From contig JBDRLP010000063.1 in assembly GCA_043812975.1 (NCBI GenBank), positions 1-38,616 of the forward strand: 38,616 nt of DNA, read 5' to 3'. The notes beneath the pieces are model-generated. The model was not told the DNA's origin, made no database searches, and was given only the letters and a program-made list of their open reading frames with translations. This DNA comes from Candidatus Iainarchaeum sp. GTDB taxonomy: Archaea; Iainarchaeota; Iainarchaeia; Iainarchaeales; Iainarchaeaceae. How positions within the stretch are numbered: the first letter of the stretch is position 1; every line of letters starts with the position of its first letter. A program made the translations under genes and the position numbers. Positions 8,621 to 18,425 of the stretch are shown here, in pieces.

Positions 8621-8896
8621 TTTTAATCAGAACAATTTAGAGTGGGATTGTTTAAAAAAGATTGTAAAACTGAAAAATAACCTTGATTTTTTTAGCTTTC
8701 AAGATATCTAATTAAAATAGTTCAAAATCAGAGTTCTAAAGATATTAATCAATCCAGAATAACTTCATGTTTTTTTTGTTTTTGAACCGATTCAATTAAA
8801 AAAGAGTTTAATTAAAACTATTTGTATTTAAATGAAAGTTCTGTGTTGAACAAAATTACACGGGTCTGATTTTACTTAATTTTCTAAGGTGAATAA

Positions 8897-9871
8897 ATGG
8901 TTTCGGTAAAAAAATTTGTTATTTTATTTGGGTTGCTTATTTTTGTTTTCATTTTATCTTCTATAAATCTTGAATCTGTTTTGGAAATACTTTTTTTAAT
9001 TAAATTTGATTTTTTCATAATTTCTCTTTTACTTTTATTTATTATACTGATTTTAAAAGCGTTTAAATGGAAATTAATTTTGAAAAGTCAAAATACTGAA
9101 ATAAGTTTATTGAATTCTCTGAAATATTTTTTGATTGGTTTTTTCTTTAGTTCTTTTACTCCTGGCAGAATAGGGGATGTTACTCGTGCTACTTATTTAT
9201 CTCAAAGTTCGAGTTTAGCCTTAGCTGTAAGTTCTGTTGTTTTGGACAGGGTGGTTGATATTGTTTTATTGGTTATATTTGCTTCTCTTGCTTTGCTAGC
9301 GTTTTTCTTTACTTATAATTTGATTGTTCTTCCATTTGAAATTTTAATTTTGATAGGCGTTCTTATTTTTGCAGTGATTTTTTTGTTATTTAAAGAAAAA
9401 TATCTGAGAATTATTTTAAGGCCGGCATTTAATCTTATAATTCCAGAAAATTTTAAGAAAAAAATTAAAATAGGTTTTTCAGATTTTTTCTCATCTATAA
9501 AATTAATATTCCAAAATAAATCTGAATTTTTATTAGCTGTTATAACCGGAATTGTAATATGGATTATTTCAATTATTTTTAGTTATTCTTTAGCCCTTTC
9601 AATTAACCTAAATATTCCTTTTGAGTTTATGTTTTTGTTATATCCTATAATTACTCTTGCAGATATTTTACCTATTAGTGTATCTGGTTTAGGCACTAGA
9701 GATGCCATGATTATTTTCTTGTTTTCTTTTATTTATTTTACCCCTGAACAGGCAGTTTCATTTTCAATTTTGTTATTTTTAGTCGGTTATGTGTTCATAG
9801 CATTAATCGGATATTTATTGTTTCTTTCTGAACCGATTGAACTAAAAAAGATGTTACAAGAAAATTTTTAA
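8897..9871 (+). CDS. UPF0104 / lysylphosphatidylglycerol-synthase-TM family flippase-like protein
   Basis: Polytopic; 'KWKLIL', 'TPGRIGDVTRA', 'DRVVD', 'PISVSGLGTRDA'; GGTGA SD 4 nt upstream of ATG. Confidence 0.85.
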   Translation: MVSVKKFVILFGLLIFVFILSSINLESVLEILFLIKFDFFIISLLLLFIILILKAFKWKLILKSQNTEISLLNSLKYFLIGFFFSSFTPGRIGDVTRATYLSQSSSLALAVSSVVLDRVVDIVLLVIFASLALLAFFFTYNLIVLPFEILILIGVLIFAVIFLLFKEKYLRIILRPAFNLIIPENFKKKIKIGFSDFFSSIKLIFQNKSEFLLAVITGIVIWIISIIFSYSLALSINLNIPFEFMFLLYPIITLADILPISVSGLGTRDAMIIFLFSFIYFTPEQAVSFSILLFLVGYVFIALIGYLLFLSEPIELKKMLQENF

Positions 9872-9956
9872 ATAAACAAAATTATTTGGGGTTGTTCCAA
9901 TGATTAATTTATGATTTTCTTGTTTTTAAATGGTTTTCGGAGCAATGCTATTCTAG

Positions 9957-11585
9957 ATGAATCCCCTAAATTTTGTTTCTAAACCGAAGTTTTTGAATGT
10001 TATTCTTTTCGTATTGGTTTTCTTTTCTATTTCAACTATTCTTTCTCTCTGGAGCCTTTACATTTTCAGATTTGCGCCGTTGATTTTTGTTATTTCGTTG
10101 ATTTTATCTTATTTTGTCCTGAAAAAATTCCCTGTTGAAATGCCTCAAATAAGCATATCTGCTATATATATCGGTCTTGTGATTGTCATTCTTGCAGCTC
10201 AACCTTTTCTGTTTATTACTCCTTTTGCGGATGCCAGTGCTGATCCTGCTGCCCACATAGGCAGTTTAGCAATCGGTCAGACAATGCCTGAAACTTATGG
10301 TAAATTTTCGGATTTGGAATATCGTTATCAGATTGGTTTTCCTCTTCTGGCAAAAATGTTCATTGACCTTTTGTCTTTTGTTTCCAGCAATTTGATTGTC
10401 TGGCTCTTGGGAATTGTTTTTGTTTTTCTTTCTGCGATTCTTATTTATCTGGTTTCACGCGAGTTTTTTTCAGATGAGAAAGCGGGGCTTCTCGCTATTA
10501 TGTTTTTTATTGGTTCTAAAATAGTTTTTCAGAATCTTTTTTGGGGGCAATATACCTTTCTGCTTGCATCAGTATTTTTCTTAGCGACGTTTCTTGCCGT
10601 TCTGAAAAAAAACCCGCTTGCATTTTTGTTTTTTCCACTGATTTTAATTGCTCATCCGGGCGTTGCCTTGTATGCCGTAATTTTCTTCGGCATTTATTTT
10701 GTTTTTTCCAGAGATTTTGAACAAACTGCAAAACTCTTTTTGAGCGGAATTTTGGGTTTACCGAGTCTTTTTATCACTTATATTCCTATGCTTGCTAATC
10801 TTGGAAATGAAAAGGCAATACCGTTTTTAATTTCAAATATACCCGGCAACATAATAATTTTTTCTCTTTGGATTGGTCTTCTGATTTTTGCATTTGCAGT
10901 TTTGGCAATACTTTTTATTATTATTAAGAAAAAATTCGACAAAAAGAACATTTTCTTAATTGCTGTTTTCATTGTTGCGTCTGGGCTGTCAATATATTTT
11001 GTATCTATTGGGCGAGTTCTTGGAGGGCGGGTTATAGAACTTGCAATGTTTTCAGGATTATTGCTGGCAGTTTATGCTGTTCTTCAGATTATTCGTTCTG
11101 AGTTACCCAAAAAAATTTCGAATGAGCGCAACTTGTTCCTGATTTCTTTTTTCTTAATTTTTATTTTTTCAATAGCCTTATTTTTTACTTCTAACCAGTT
11201 AAACACTTTGAAAAGCGGTTCAAAAATTAATGCTGAGGGAATAGATTTTGCTTTTGCATTCAAAAGTTTTGATCCTGAATATAAGAAAACTCTGTTTTTG
11301 ATTGAATATCGTGCCAAAATTGCTGAATTATCCCAAAAAATACCTTATGATGTAAATTCTGGTTTTTATCTTTCTTATGCTCCAATGGTATCTGGGGATG
11401 ATCCGTTTTATGCGGAGTTAGAAAAAAGACATATTTTGGCGGAAAATGCCAGAAAAAATGCTTGTGTGGAATGCATACGTGAGGCGGAAGTTGAGTATGT
11501 TGTTGCTAAAGATGATTTTTTTTCGGAAGAACTTGGTTTAAAAAAAGTTTTTGAATATAAAGCGTATAAAGTTTTTTCGAGGTAA
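9957..11585 (+). CDS. Large polytopic membrane protein, GT-C glycosyltransferase-like
   Basis: Many TM segments, loop motif 'DASADPAAH' then 'YQIGF', soluble C-terminal domain ending 'VEYVV...KVFEY...KVF'. Confidence 0.55.
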   Translation: MNPLNFVSKPKFLNVILFVLVFFSISTILSLWSLYIFRFAPLIFVISLILSYFVLKKFPVEMPQISISAIYIGLVIVILAAQPFLFITPFADASADPAAHIGSLAIGQTMPETYGKFSDLEYRYQIGFPLLAKMFIDLLSFVSSNLIVWLLGIVFVFLSAILIYLVSREFFSDEKAGLLAIMFFIGSKIVFQNLFWGQYTFLLASVFFLATFLAVLKKNPLAFLFFPLILIAHPGVALYAVIFFGIYFVFSRDFEQTAKLFLSGILGLPSLFITYIPMLANLGNEKAIPFLISNIPGNIIIFSLWIGLLIFAFAVLAILFIIIKKKFDKKNIFLIAVFIVASGLSIYFVSIGRVLGGRVIELAMFSGLLLAVYAVLQIIRSELPKKISNERNLFLISFFLIFIFSIALFFTSNQLNTLKSGSKINAEGIDFAFAFKSFDPEYKKTLFLIEYRAKIAELSQKIPYDVNSGFYLSYAPMVSGDDPFYAELEKRHILAENARKNACVECIREAEVEYVVAKDDFFSEELGLKKVFEYKAYKVFSR

Positions 11586-11632
11586 ATGAATATAATTATT
11601 GTTAAAATTATTTATAGTGGAAAGGTGTTTTT

Positions 11633-12340
11633 TTGAAGGGTAAAGTTTCAATAGTAGTTCCTGTATTCAATGCTGAAAAAATAGTTCTTCATACGCTTAA
11701 TGCTTATTATAATTTTTATTCAAAAAATTTACCTAATTTTGAGATTATCGCGGTTGTAAACAATTGCTCTGATGACTCATTGAAAATAGTCAGTGAATTT
11801 GCAAAATCCCGAAAGGAAATGAGTGTGATGAATTTTGATTATTATACCGGTAAAGGCGGCGCTGTTATTGAGGGTTTCAAGAAAGCCAAAGGTGAAATAA
11901 TAGGGTTTGTTGACCAGGATAATTCTGTTGTGCCAAAAGAATTTTTGAAACTGATTCATGAATTTAAAAATGGTTTTGATGTGGTTATAGCTTCCCGTGC
12001 AGTGAATGATTCTGTTTTATTAAAAGCACAGCCAATCTATCGTCAGATTCTGGGCAAGACTTTTAATGCTATTGTAAATTTGTTTTTTGATTTAAGAGTT
12101 AATGATTCTGTTTGCGGGGCTAAGATTTTTTCAAAGAAAGCGGTTAATCTGTTCCTCAAAGAAAAAATTGTTAAGGGGTTCGAATTTGATGTACAATTAT
12201 TGTGGATAGCCAAAAAGAATGGTTTTAATATAAAGGAAAAAGGAATTGCTTGGTCGAACTATGAAGCTTCTACGATGGGTTTTACAGACCCGTTTAAAAT
12301 GTTCATTAGTGTACTAAAATTGAGATTTGGTTTAATCTAA
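11633..12340 (+). CDS. GT2 dolichyl-phosphate glycosyltransferase-like protein
   Basis: 'SIVVPVFNAE', 'GKGGAV..GF', 'FVDQD', 'IASRA', 'DSVCGAKIF', 'GFEFDVQLL'; TTG start after AGGTG. Confidence 0.9.
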   Translation: MKGKVSIVVPVFNAEKIVLHTLNAYYNFYSKNLPNFEIIAVVNNCSDDSLKIVSEFAKSRKEMSVMNFDYYTGKGGAVIEGFKKAKGEIIGFVDQDNSVVPKEFLKLIHEFKNGFDVVIASRAVNDSVLLKAQPIYRQILGKTFNAIVNLFFDLRVNDSVCGAKIFSKKAVNLFLKEKIVKGFEFDVQLLWIAKKNGFNIKEKGIAWSNYEASTMGFTDPFKMFISVLKLRFGLI

Positions 12341-12365
12341 TAGGGTTTAATTGTTTTTATAGTTT

Positions 12366-13307
12366 TTAATGTTGACTGTCTGTTGTGAAATAATAGTAAA
12401 TTGAATAAAAAGGCGCTGCTAAATCTCTTAACATGGCTAATGCACTAAACAAAATAAAATCTCCAAATTCAAATGAGTATTTTCTAAAGTTTACTAAATA
12501 TCTGAAGATAAAATAAACTGCTAGAAAAAAAAATGCATAATAATAGTTCATTCGTATTACCGCGCCAAAAATTAATGCTGTTATGCCCCAAGAAAAAAAT
12601 GATTGTTTTAACAATCCTGCTACAGGGAAACCAAAATATTTTTTGAATAATTTCGGATATTGTTTTGCAAGAAGTATTTCAGTGCGTATATAATAAAGTT
12701 CTTTGAAAATATTTAAAGGGCTGGATTTTCGCAATGGGTGGTAAACTATTGCGTTTGGTTCGAAAACAATTTTTTCATTTTTAGTAAGCAGCTTAAACTG
12801 CAGTACTGTTTCTTCTCTGTAAAAACGGAAATTTTCATCATATCCTCCTATTTCAATTAATTTATTTTTTTTGAAAGCCATGTTGCTGGCTGGTCCTAGA
12901 ATTCCTTTTAAATGCTCAACTCCATGGTCGAATATTCTTCCTTTATTCTTAATCGTTTTTCCGGTTACTGCTGAAATTTTTTTATCTTCATCAAATGCCA
13001 GGTTTATTTTTTCAAGCCAGTCTTTTTTCGGAATGCAATCATCGCTTGTAATTGCTATTATTTCTCCTTTTGCTTTTTTTATTCCAAAATTATTTTTAGC
13101 ATCAGGCCATTGAGATTCAATATCAAAATATATTATTCTTTTGTTAGTTGAAAATAGTTCCTTCATAGAATTTTTTTTGCATCCTACAAAAATTATTTCA
13201 TGTTTATTTTTAGGGTATGTTTGGTTTTCTAATGCCGTTGCTAGGTTTTTTGTGGATTCTATTCTGTGAACTGGGACTATAATGCTAATGAAGTTTAAGT
13301 TTGTCAT
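12366..13307 (-). CDS. GT2 glycosyltransferase with C-terminal TM helices
   Basis: 'ISIIVPV', 'AITSDDC', 'WLEKI', 'SNMAF', 'GGYDENF'; ATG 13307 (MTNLNF) preferred. Confidence 0.88.
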   Translation of the reverse strand: MTNLNFISIIVPVHRIESTKNLATALENQTYPKNKHEIIFVGCKKNSMKELFSTNKRIIYFDIESQWPDAKNNFGIKKAKGEIIAITSDDCIPKKDWLEKINLAFDEDKKISAVTGKTIKNKGRIFDHGVEHLKGILGPASNMAFKKNKLIEIGGYDENFRFYREETVLQFKLLTKNEKIVFEPNAIVYHPLRKSSPLNIFKELYYIRTEILLAKQYPKLFKKYFGFPVAGLLKQSFFSWGITALIFGAVIRMNYYYAFFFLAVYFIFRYLVNFRKYSFEFGDFILFSALAMLRDLAAPFYSIYYYFTTDSQH

Positions 13308-13323
13308 AATAAAGCACTTGTAA

Positions 13324-14304
13324 TTAAGACGGATTTTCTTTGAACCATTCAATTGTATTTTTGATTCCTTCTTCTAAAGAAATTTTTGATTGAAATTTTA
13401 ATATTTTTTCTGCTTTAGAGGTATCACATATTCTCATGAGGCTTCCAGGGTCTGAAGAATTATCATACTCTATTTTTGGGTTTTTACCCGTAATTTTCCC
13501 GATTTTTTCTACTAAATCAGTTATTTTAACTTTTTCTTTTGTCCCAAAGTTGATTGGATCAGGTTTGGGATAAATTTCAGCAAGTTTCACAAGACCTCTG
13601 GCGAGTTCAGTTACATAGATAAAACTTCTTTCTTGTTGTCCGTTTCCAATTATTTTCACCTTGTTTTTTTCAAGTATTTCTTTGATAAATGTTGCAATAA
13701 CATGGGTTTTTACTCTGGGGCCATAAACATTAAATGGTCTGGCAATACCGATTTGTATTCCGTGTTCTTTGGCAAATGCGGTTGCATAGATTTCTGAAAA
13801 TATTTTACTCCAAGAATAAGCTAATTTTGCACTATCAGGGCGGTCAGATAATTGAGTATCTTCTTTTATGTAACCTTTAGCATTTTTTGGGTATACGCAT
13901 GCTGAACTAACCAGAATTGTTCTTTCTACTTTTGATTCTTTTATTGCGTCAAGAATATTTACTGTCATAATAAAATTATTTTTAAGCAGTGTAGCAGGAT
14001 GTCTTGACCCTTGGCGTGTTTCTTCAACTATTGCTGCGAGATGAAAAACAACATCTATATCTTTAGTTGCTTTTTTGCATTCTTCCGGATGTTCCAGATT
14101 AACTTCAATAATTTCAATTTTTTCTTTACTTTCTGAAAGATTGTTCTTTGTTCTTTCGCTGTTTTTGTTCCTGGTGATTACTCTAACAACAGCTCCTTTT
14201 TTTACCAGTAAATCCACAAGATGACTTCCAATAAAGCCGGTTCCGCCTGTAACTAAAACTTTTTTGTTTTTCCAGAATTCCAAGTTTATCCCTACAATAT
14301 CCAT
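13324..14304 (-). CDS. Extended SDR, GDP-L-fucose synthase / GDP-sugar epimerase-reductase-like (paralog of 28542..29510)
   Basis: 'TGGTGFIGSH', 'SSACVYP', 'YSWSK', 'RPFNVYGP', 'THVIA'. Confidence 0.8.
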   Translation of the reverse strand: MDIVGINLEFWKNKKVLVTGGTGFIGSHLVDLLVKKGAVVRVITRNKNSERTKNNLSESKEKIEIIEVNLEHPEECKKATKDIDVVFHLAAIVEETRQGSRHPATLLKNNFIMTVNILDAIKESKVERTILVSSACVYPKNAKGYIKEDTQLSDRPDSAKLAYSWSKIFSEIYATAFAKEHGIQIGIARPFNVYGPRVKTHVIATFIKEILEKNKVKIIGNGQQERSFIYVTELARGLVKLAEIYPKPDPINFGTKEKVKITDLVEKIGKITGKNPKIEYDNSSDPGSLMRICDTSKAEKILKFQSKISLEEGIKNTIEWFKENPS

Positions 14305-14408
14305 TTGCTCTGTTAATAAAAATTTAACTTGCCTTCAGAGGAAATTGGCGCTAAAAAACGATTTTTGTACCTTGACAGTTTAAAATAACTTTATTATGGA
14401 GAGTCTTT

Positions 14409-15350
14409 ATGAAAGTTCTTGTTACTGGCGCCTGTGGATTTATCGGAATTAATCTTTGTGAACGCCTGTTAAACGATGGTCATGAAGTAATCGGTTTTGA
14501 TAATTTTTCCGGTGAATATGCTAAGTCAGTGTACAAACAAAATCAGGATTTGCTTGAAAATTCTGATAAAGCTCTTTTTGTCAGAGGCGATATTAATGAT
14601 AAAAAAGCCGTTTCTTTTTTGAAAGGAAAAGGCATTACCCATGTTGTTCATCTTGCCGCAAAAACAGGGGTTAGGGATTCTGTTTTACATCCGCGTGAAT
14701 ATATAGAGACCAATATTATTGGAACTCAGAATATATTGGATTTTGCTGTAGCTGAAAACGTCAGTTCAATTGTACTAGCTTCAACTTCAAGTGTTTATGG
14801 AAAAAATATTCCTCCTTTTGATGAATCAATGCCAACTACAACTCCGCTAAGTCCTTATGCTGCTACAAAAATTGGCATGGAGTCACTGGCTTATTCGTAT
14901 AACAACCTTAGTGGTTTGCCGATTAACATACTCCGGTTTTTCACTGTTTATGGTCCCAAAGGAAGAACAGATATGGCTGTTTATAAATTTACTAAATTAA
15001 TTAATGATGGAAAACCAATAACTGTTTTTGGAGACGGTTCTGCAAAAAGGGATTTCACTTACGTTGATGATATTGTTGAAGGCATAATTTCTGCAATGAA
15101 ACTTAAAGCCGGATTTAATGTATTTAATTTAGGGTACTCGAAAAAGATAACTATAAATGAGGTCATTTTATTGATAGAAAAGAATCTCGGGAAAAAAGCG
15201 ATTGTGAAACACGTTGGTTTCCATGCCGAGGATGCTCTGGAAACTCTGGCTGATATAACCAAAGCAAAAAAAGTTCTCGGGTATTCCCCGAAAACGAGTG
15301 TTGATGATGGAATAAGGTTTTTCGTTGATTGGTTCAGGAAAAATGCTTAA
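14409..15350 (+). CDS. UDP-glucuronate 4-epimerase-like SDR
   Basis: 'HLAAKTGVRDS', 'ASTSSVYG', 'SPYAATK', 'RFFTVYGP.GR.DMA', 'RDFTYVDD'. Confidence 0.85.
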   Translation: MKVLVTGACGFIGINLCERLLNDGHEVIGFDNFSGEYAKSVYKQNQDLLENSDKALFVRGDINDKKAVSFLKGKGITHVVHLAAKTGVRDSVLHPREYIETNIIGTQNILDFAVAENVSSIVLASTSSVYGKNIPPFDESMPTTTPLSPYAATKIGMESLAYSYNNLSGLPINILRFFTVYGPKGRTDMAVYKFTKLINDGKPITVFGDGSAKRDFTYVDDIVEGIISAMKLKAGFNVFNLGYSKKITINEVILLIEKNLGKKAIVKHVGFHAEDALETLADITKAKKVLGYSPKTSVDDGIRFFVDWFRKNA

Positions 15351-15402
15351 CTGAACCAAAATGGTTTTTAAGCACTTAAAGAGAACTATTTAAGGATTAA
15401 AA

Positions 15403-16713
15403 ATGTCAAATCTTGCTAGTTTCGCAAAAAATTTTTTGTTTTCCTATACCAACCAGATTTTTTTGCTGTTGAATGGACTTTTATATACTTATATAATTGC
15501 AAATTATCTGGGGCCTGATAATTATGGTGTGTTCATTTATTTGTTTGCCTTTGTAACCAACACTGCATATATTTTCGGGTTAGAAAGTATCATTGAAACC
15601 CTCAATGTTTTTATTGCAAAATTCAGATCAAAAAAGCTCTTTTCAAAAACCCTAAAAATAAGTTATTTTATTGCAATATTTTTATTCATTGGCTTGCTGT
15701 TTTTGGGGCAGTATTTTGTAGGAAATCTTGGTAGTTCTGCTGTTTCGGTTCTAACTCTTGTTTCAATAACAGTCCTCTTGTTCCCGATTTCACTAGTGTA
15801 TAATTCCCTCTTTAAGGGTTTTAAGATGTTTGGCAAGGTTCTCAAAATTGCTGTTCTTGAAAACCTTTCAAACCTTGCTCTTGCCTTTGCGTTTGTAATC
15901 ATTATGGATTTTGGAATAGTTGGGGCAGTTTACGCAAAAATTATTTCACTCACAATTGCTCTGGTTTTATCTATCTTTTATTCAAAGAAAATAAGTTTTG
16001 AGAATACAACTATTGAAAGCAGGGTAGTCCTGAAGTATGCGAAAATAAGTTTTTTCACGAATTTTGTGAAGAGAGCAACTGCAATAATAAAACTGTTTTT
16101 CATTGGTTTATTTATCAATCCAGTCATGATGGGTTTCTATTATCTCCTTGAAAAGATATCCAATTATGCTATAAACATTCCAAGTGCATCAATCAACGAG
16201 GTTTTTATCCCTTATCTTGGTGAAAAGGTTGATGATATGGGTGTTTTGTCGAGTTACGCTTCTTTGAATTTTAAAGCTGTTGCACTGCTTGCTTCTGGAA
16301 TAGGATTGACAATTTTTTTCCTTGCTCCAATAATACTCCCGATTCTTTTTCCCGCTTACTCTGATGCGGTTTCACTCGTACCGTACTTTACCCTTACTAT
16401 AATACTCTCAAGTTTCACGGGCTTTGGAAATCTTTATCGTATAATGAACAGGAACGATTTTCTCCTGACCCTTTCTTTCATCTCTCTTATCAACACAGTA
16501 ATCATTGGTTATTTTCTCATATCTTATTTTGGAGTTATAGGCCTTATTCTGGTTGAGGCTGTGAGACAGCTTGTGTCTTTTCCATTTCACTACATGTTTC
16601 TCAAAAAACTTGGGGTAAAAATAGATATTCTTCCAACTAGAAGCGATTATATAATAATCAAACGCCTCATCAGTCCTGTTTTTGGATTCCGTAAAGATAA
16701 GGGGGCGGGTTGA
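15403..16713 (+). CDS. Wzx/MOP-family oligosaccharide flippase
   Basis: About 12 TM; 'ANYLGPDNYG', 'FGIVGAVYA', 'GFYY', 'FGVIG'. Confidence 0.85.
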   Translation: MSNLASFAKNFLFSYTNQIFLLLNGLLYTYIIANYLGPDNYGVFIYLFAFVTNTAYIFGLESIIETLNVFIAKFRSKKLFSKTLKISYFIAIFLFIGLLFLGQYFVGNLGSSAVSVLTLVSITVLLFPISLVYNSLFKGFKMFGKVLKIAVLENLSNLALAFAFVIIMDFGIVGAVYAKIISLTIALVLSIFYSKKISFENTTIESRVVLKYAKISFFTNFVKRATAIIKLFFIGLFINPVMMGFYYLLEKISNYAINIPSASINEVFIPYLGEKVDDMGVLSSYASLNFKAVALLASGIGLTIFFLAPIILPILFPAYSDAVSLVPYFTLTIILSSFTGFGNLYRIMNRNDFLLTLSFISLINTVIIGYFLISYFGVIGLILVEAVRQLVSFPFHYMFLKKLGVKIDILPTRSDYIIIKRLISPVFGFRKDKGAG

Positions 16714-18401
16714 TGGCGTCGAAAAAAAGTACAACAAAAAAATTCACAAATTTTGAGTTAGTGAAATGGCTGTCAGGAATTTCTTTCAAGGAATTTCAGA
16801 ATGGAAAAAACTTGGTTGAACTATGCTCTTACAAAAAAATTTCCCTCTGGCCATCAGTTATTTCTGACGTGTGTGTTGTTCTGAATAATAAACAGGTTTA
16901 TTTCAAGGAACCGGACAAGACAAATAAACTCGGAATTATATATAAAAAATTGTTTTTTGCCGAGCCTTTGCTGGATTTCGGAAAAAAGCTTTTTGCTCTT
17001 TCGCTTTATTGCCTGCAGATTTTTAAAAGGAAAAAAAGGAAACACAAGGTAATGTTCTTTTCTCTTCCGAAAGCCTGGAGGAATGTTTATTCTCTGAACG
17101 GCTCTAACAGATTCGGTGATGTACATTATGATTCGCTGATAAAGAAATTTTCAAAAGAAAAATATGGCGTGGAATCCATAAGCGTTTCGCCAATAATGAA
17201 CTTCAGGGATTTGTACAACCCAATCAGCATGCTCAAGAGGGCGCTCAATCCGGACAATCTTCTCCTGCCATTGGAAATGTTCTGGTCATGGGGGGTTTTT
17301 AAGGAAAGAAATTCTGCATCAAGGCATTTTGCAGAAAAATGGGGAACCATAAAAAAAGGAGATAGTAAAGCAGGGTTTTTCACTTATCATTCCACAGATT
17401 TTTCATTGAAAATTTTTTCACAGCTTGGTGATTTTTTCACTGCACACTTTGCAAACATGGTAAAGAACATTTCAATTGTTGACAATCTCATAGAAAAAGA
17501 GAAACCCAGCCTTATTGTTGTGCCGAATGTTGGCGGATGGTTCTGGCAGTCAGTGCTCATAGCGGCGAAAAAAAATAATTGTCCGGTTCTTTCCACACAG
17601 CATGCAGTGATATATCCGTCAAATTCTCATTACTATACTCACCCGGCTAATGATTCAAAAGCAAAATCATTTTTGTGTTCTCCACTTCCTGAAAAATTTG
17701 CAGTTTATGGTGATTGGACGAAAAAACTCGTTGTGCAAAAATTTAATTATCCGGAAAGCTCAGTTGTTGTTACTGGCCAGTCTAGATATGATGTTATTTC
17801 ACAACCGGAAAAAATATTTAATAGGGAGACTTTTTGCAGTAATTATAATCTCAATTCTGCCAAAAAAATTGTGCTTTTTGCTGTTTCTTTGCCAATAAAA
17901 CCATTCATTGATTCTGAAAGAAAAATTTTCAAAGCACTCAGAAAAATTGATGATATTCAGGTTGTTCTGAAGCCACACCCTAGAGGAGACTCAAAAAAAT
18001 ACCGTGAAATAGCATTGGAAGAAGGACTTGATGTGAAAATAATCCATGAGGACTCGAGTGTTTTTGAGTCCATTTTTGTCAGTGATCTTGTTATTACTCA
18101 TCCATCAACCATTGTAACTGAGGCTGTAATGTTGAGCAAGCCTGTTATACTAATTGAGTTTACTGATGAAAAAGAGGAAATTCCCTGGATTGAAAGCGGA
18201 GTAGCTTTAAGAGTTTCAGAAGAAAAAAATGTTGAGGAAAAAATTCGGCAGATGCTTTTTGATAAAAACACAATCAAAAAAATGTCTCAAGCTAGGAAAA
18301 AATTTGTTGCAAACCATTTGTATAACCTGGATGGAAAATCTACGCAAAGGCAGATAGATTTGATTTTTCAAATGATAAAAAATAAAACTAATCAGAAGTA
18401 A
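16713..18401 (+). CDS. GT-B protein of the CDP-glycerol glycerophosphotransferase / capsule-synthesis type; candidate nonulosonate transferase
   Basis: 'QHAVI', 'VYGD', 'VVVTGQSRYD', 'LKPHPR', 'SDLVITHPSTI..EA....KPVI', 'DGKST'; TGATG coupling to wzx. Confidence 0.65.
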   Translation: MASKKSTTKKFTNFELVKWLSGISFKEFQNGKNLVELCSYKKISLWPSVISDVCVVLNNKQVYFKEPDKTNKLGIIYKKLFFAEPLLDFGKKLFALSLYCLQIFKRKKRKHKVMFFSLPKAWRNVYSLNGSNRFGDVHYDSLIKKFSKEKYGVESISVSPIMNFRDLYNPISMLKRALNPDNLLLPLEMFWSWGVFKERNSASRHFAEKWGTIKKGDSKAGFFTYHSTDFSLKIFSQLGDFFTAHFANMVKNISIVDNLIEKEKPSLIVVPNVGGWFWQSVLIAAKKNNCPVLSTQHAVIYPSNSHYYTHPANDSKAKSFLCSPLPEKFAVYGDWTKKLVVQKFNYPESSVVVTGQSRYDVISQPEKIFNRETFCSNYNLNSAKKIVLFAVSLPIKPFIDSERKIFKALRKIDDIQVVLKPHPRGDSKKYREIALEEGLDVKIIHEDSSVFESIFVSDLVITHPSTIVTEAVMLSKPVILIEFTDEKEEIPWIESGVALRVSEEKNVEEKIRQMLFDKNTIKKMSQARKKFVANHLYNLDGKSTQRQIDLIFQMIKNKTNQK

Positions 18402-18425
18402 ATGAAAAATATTTTAGTGCAAAAA

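Noticed and set aside
8621..8896. Longest intergenic gap as ncRNA, origin or repeat array
   Set aside because: Only short AT-rich palindromes expected by chance; explained as a divergent promoter region
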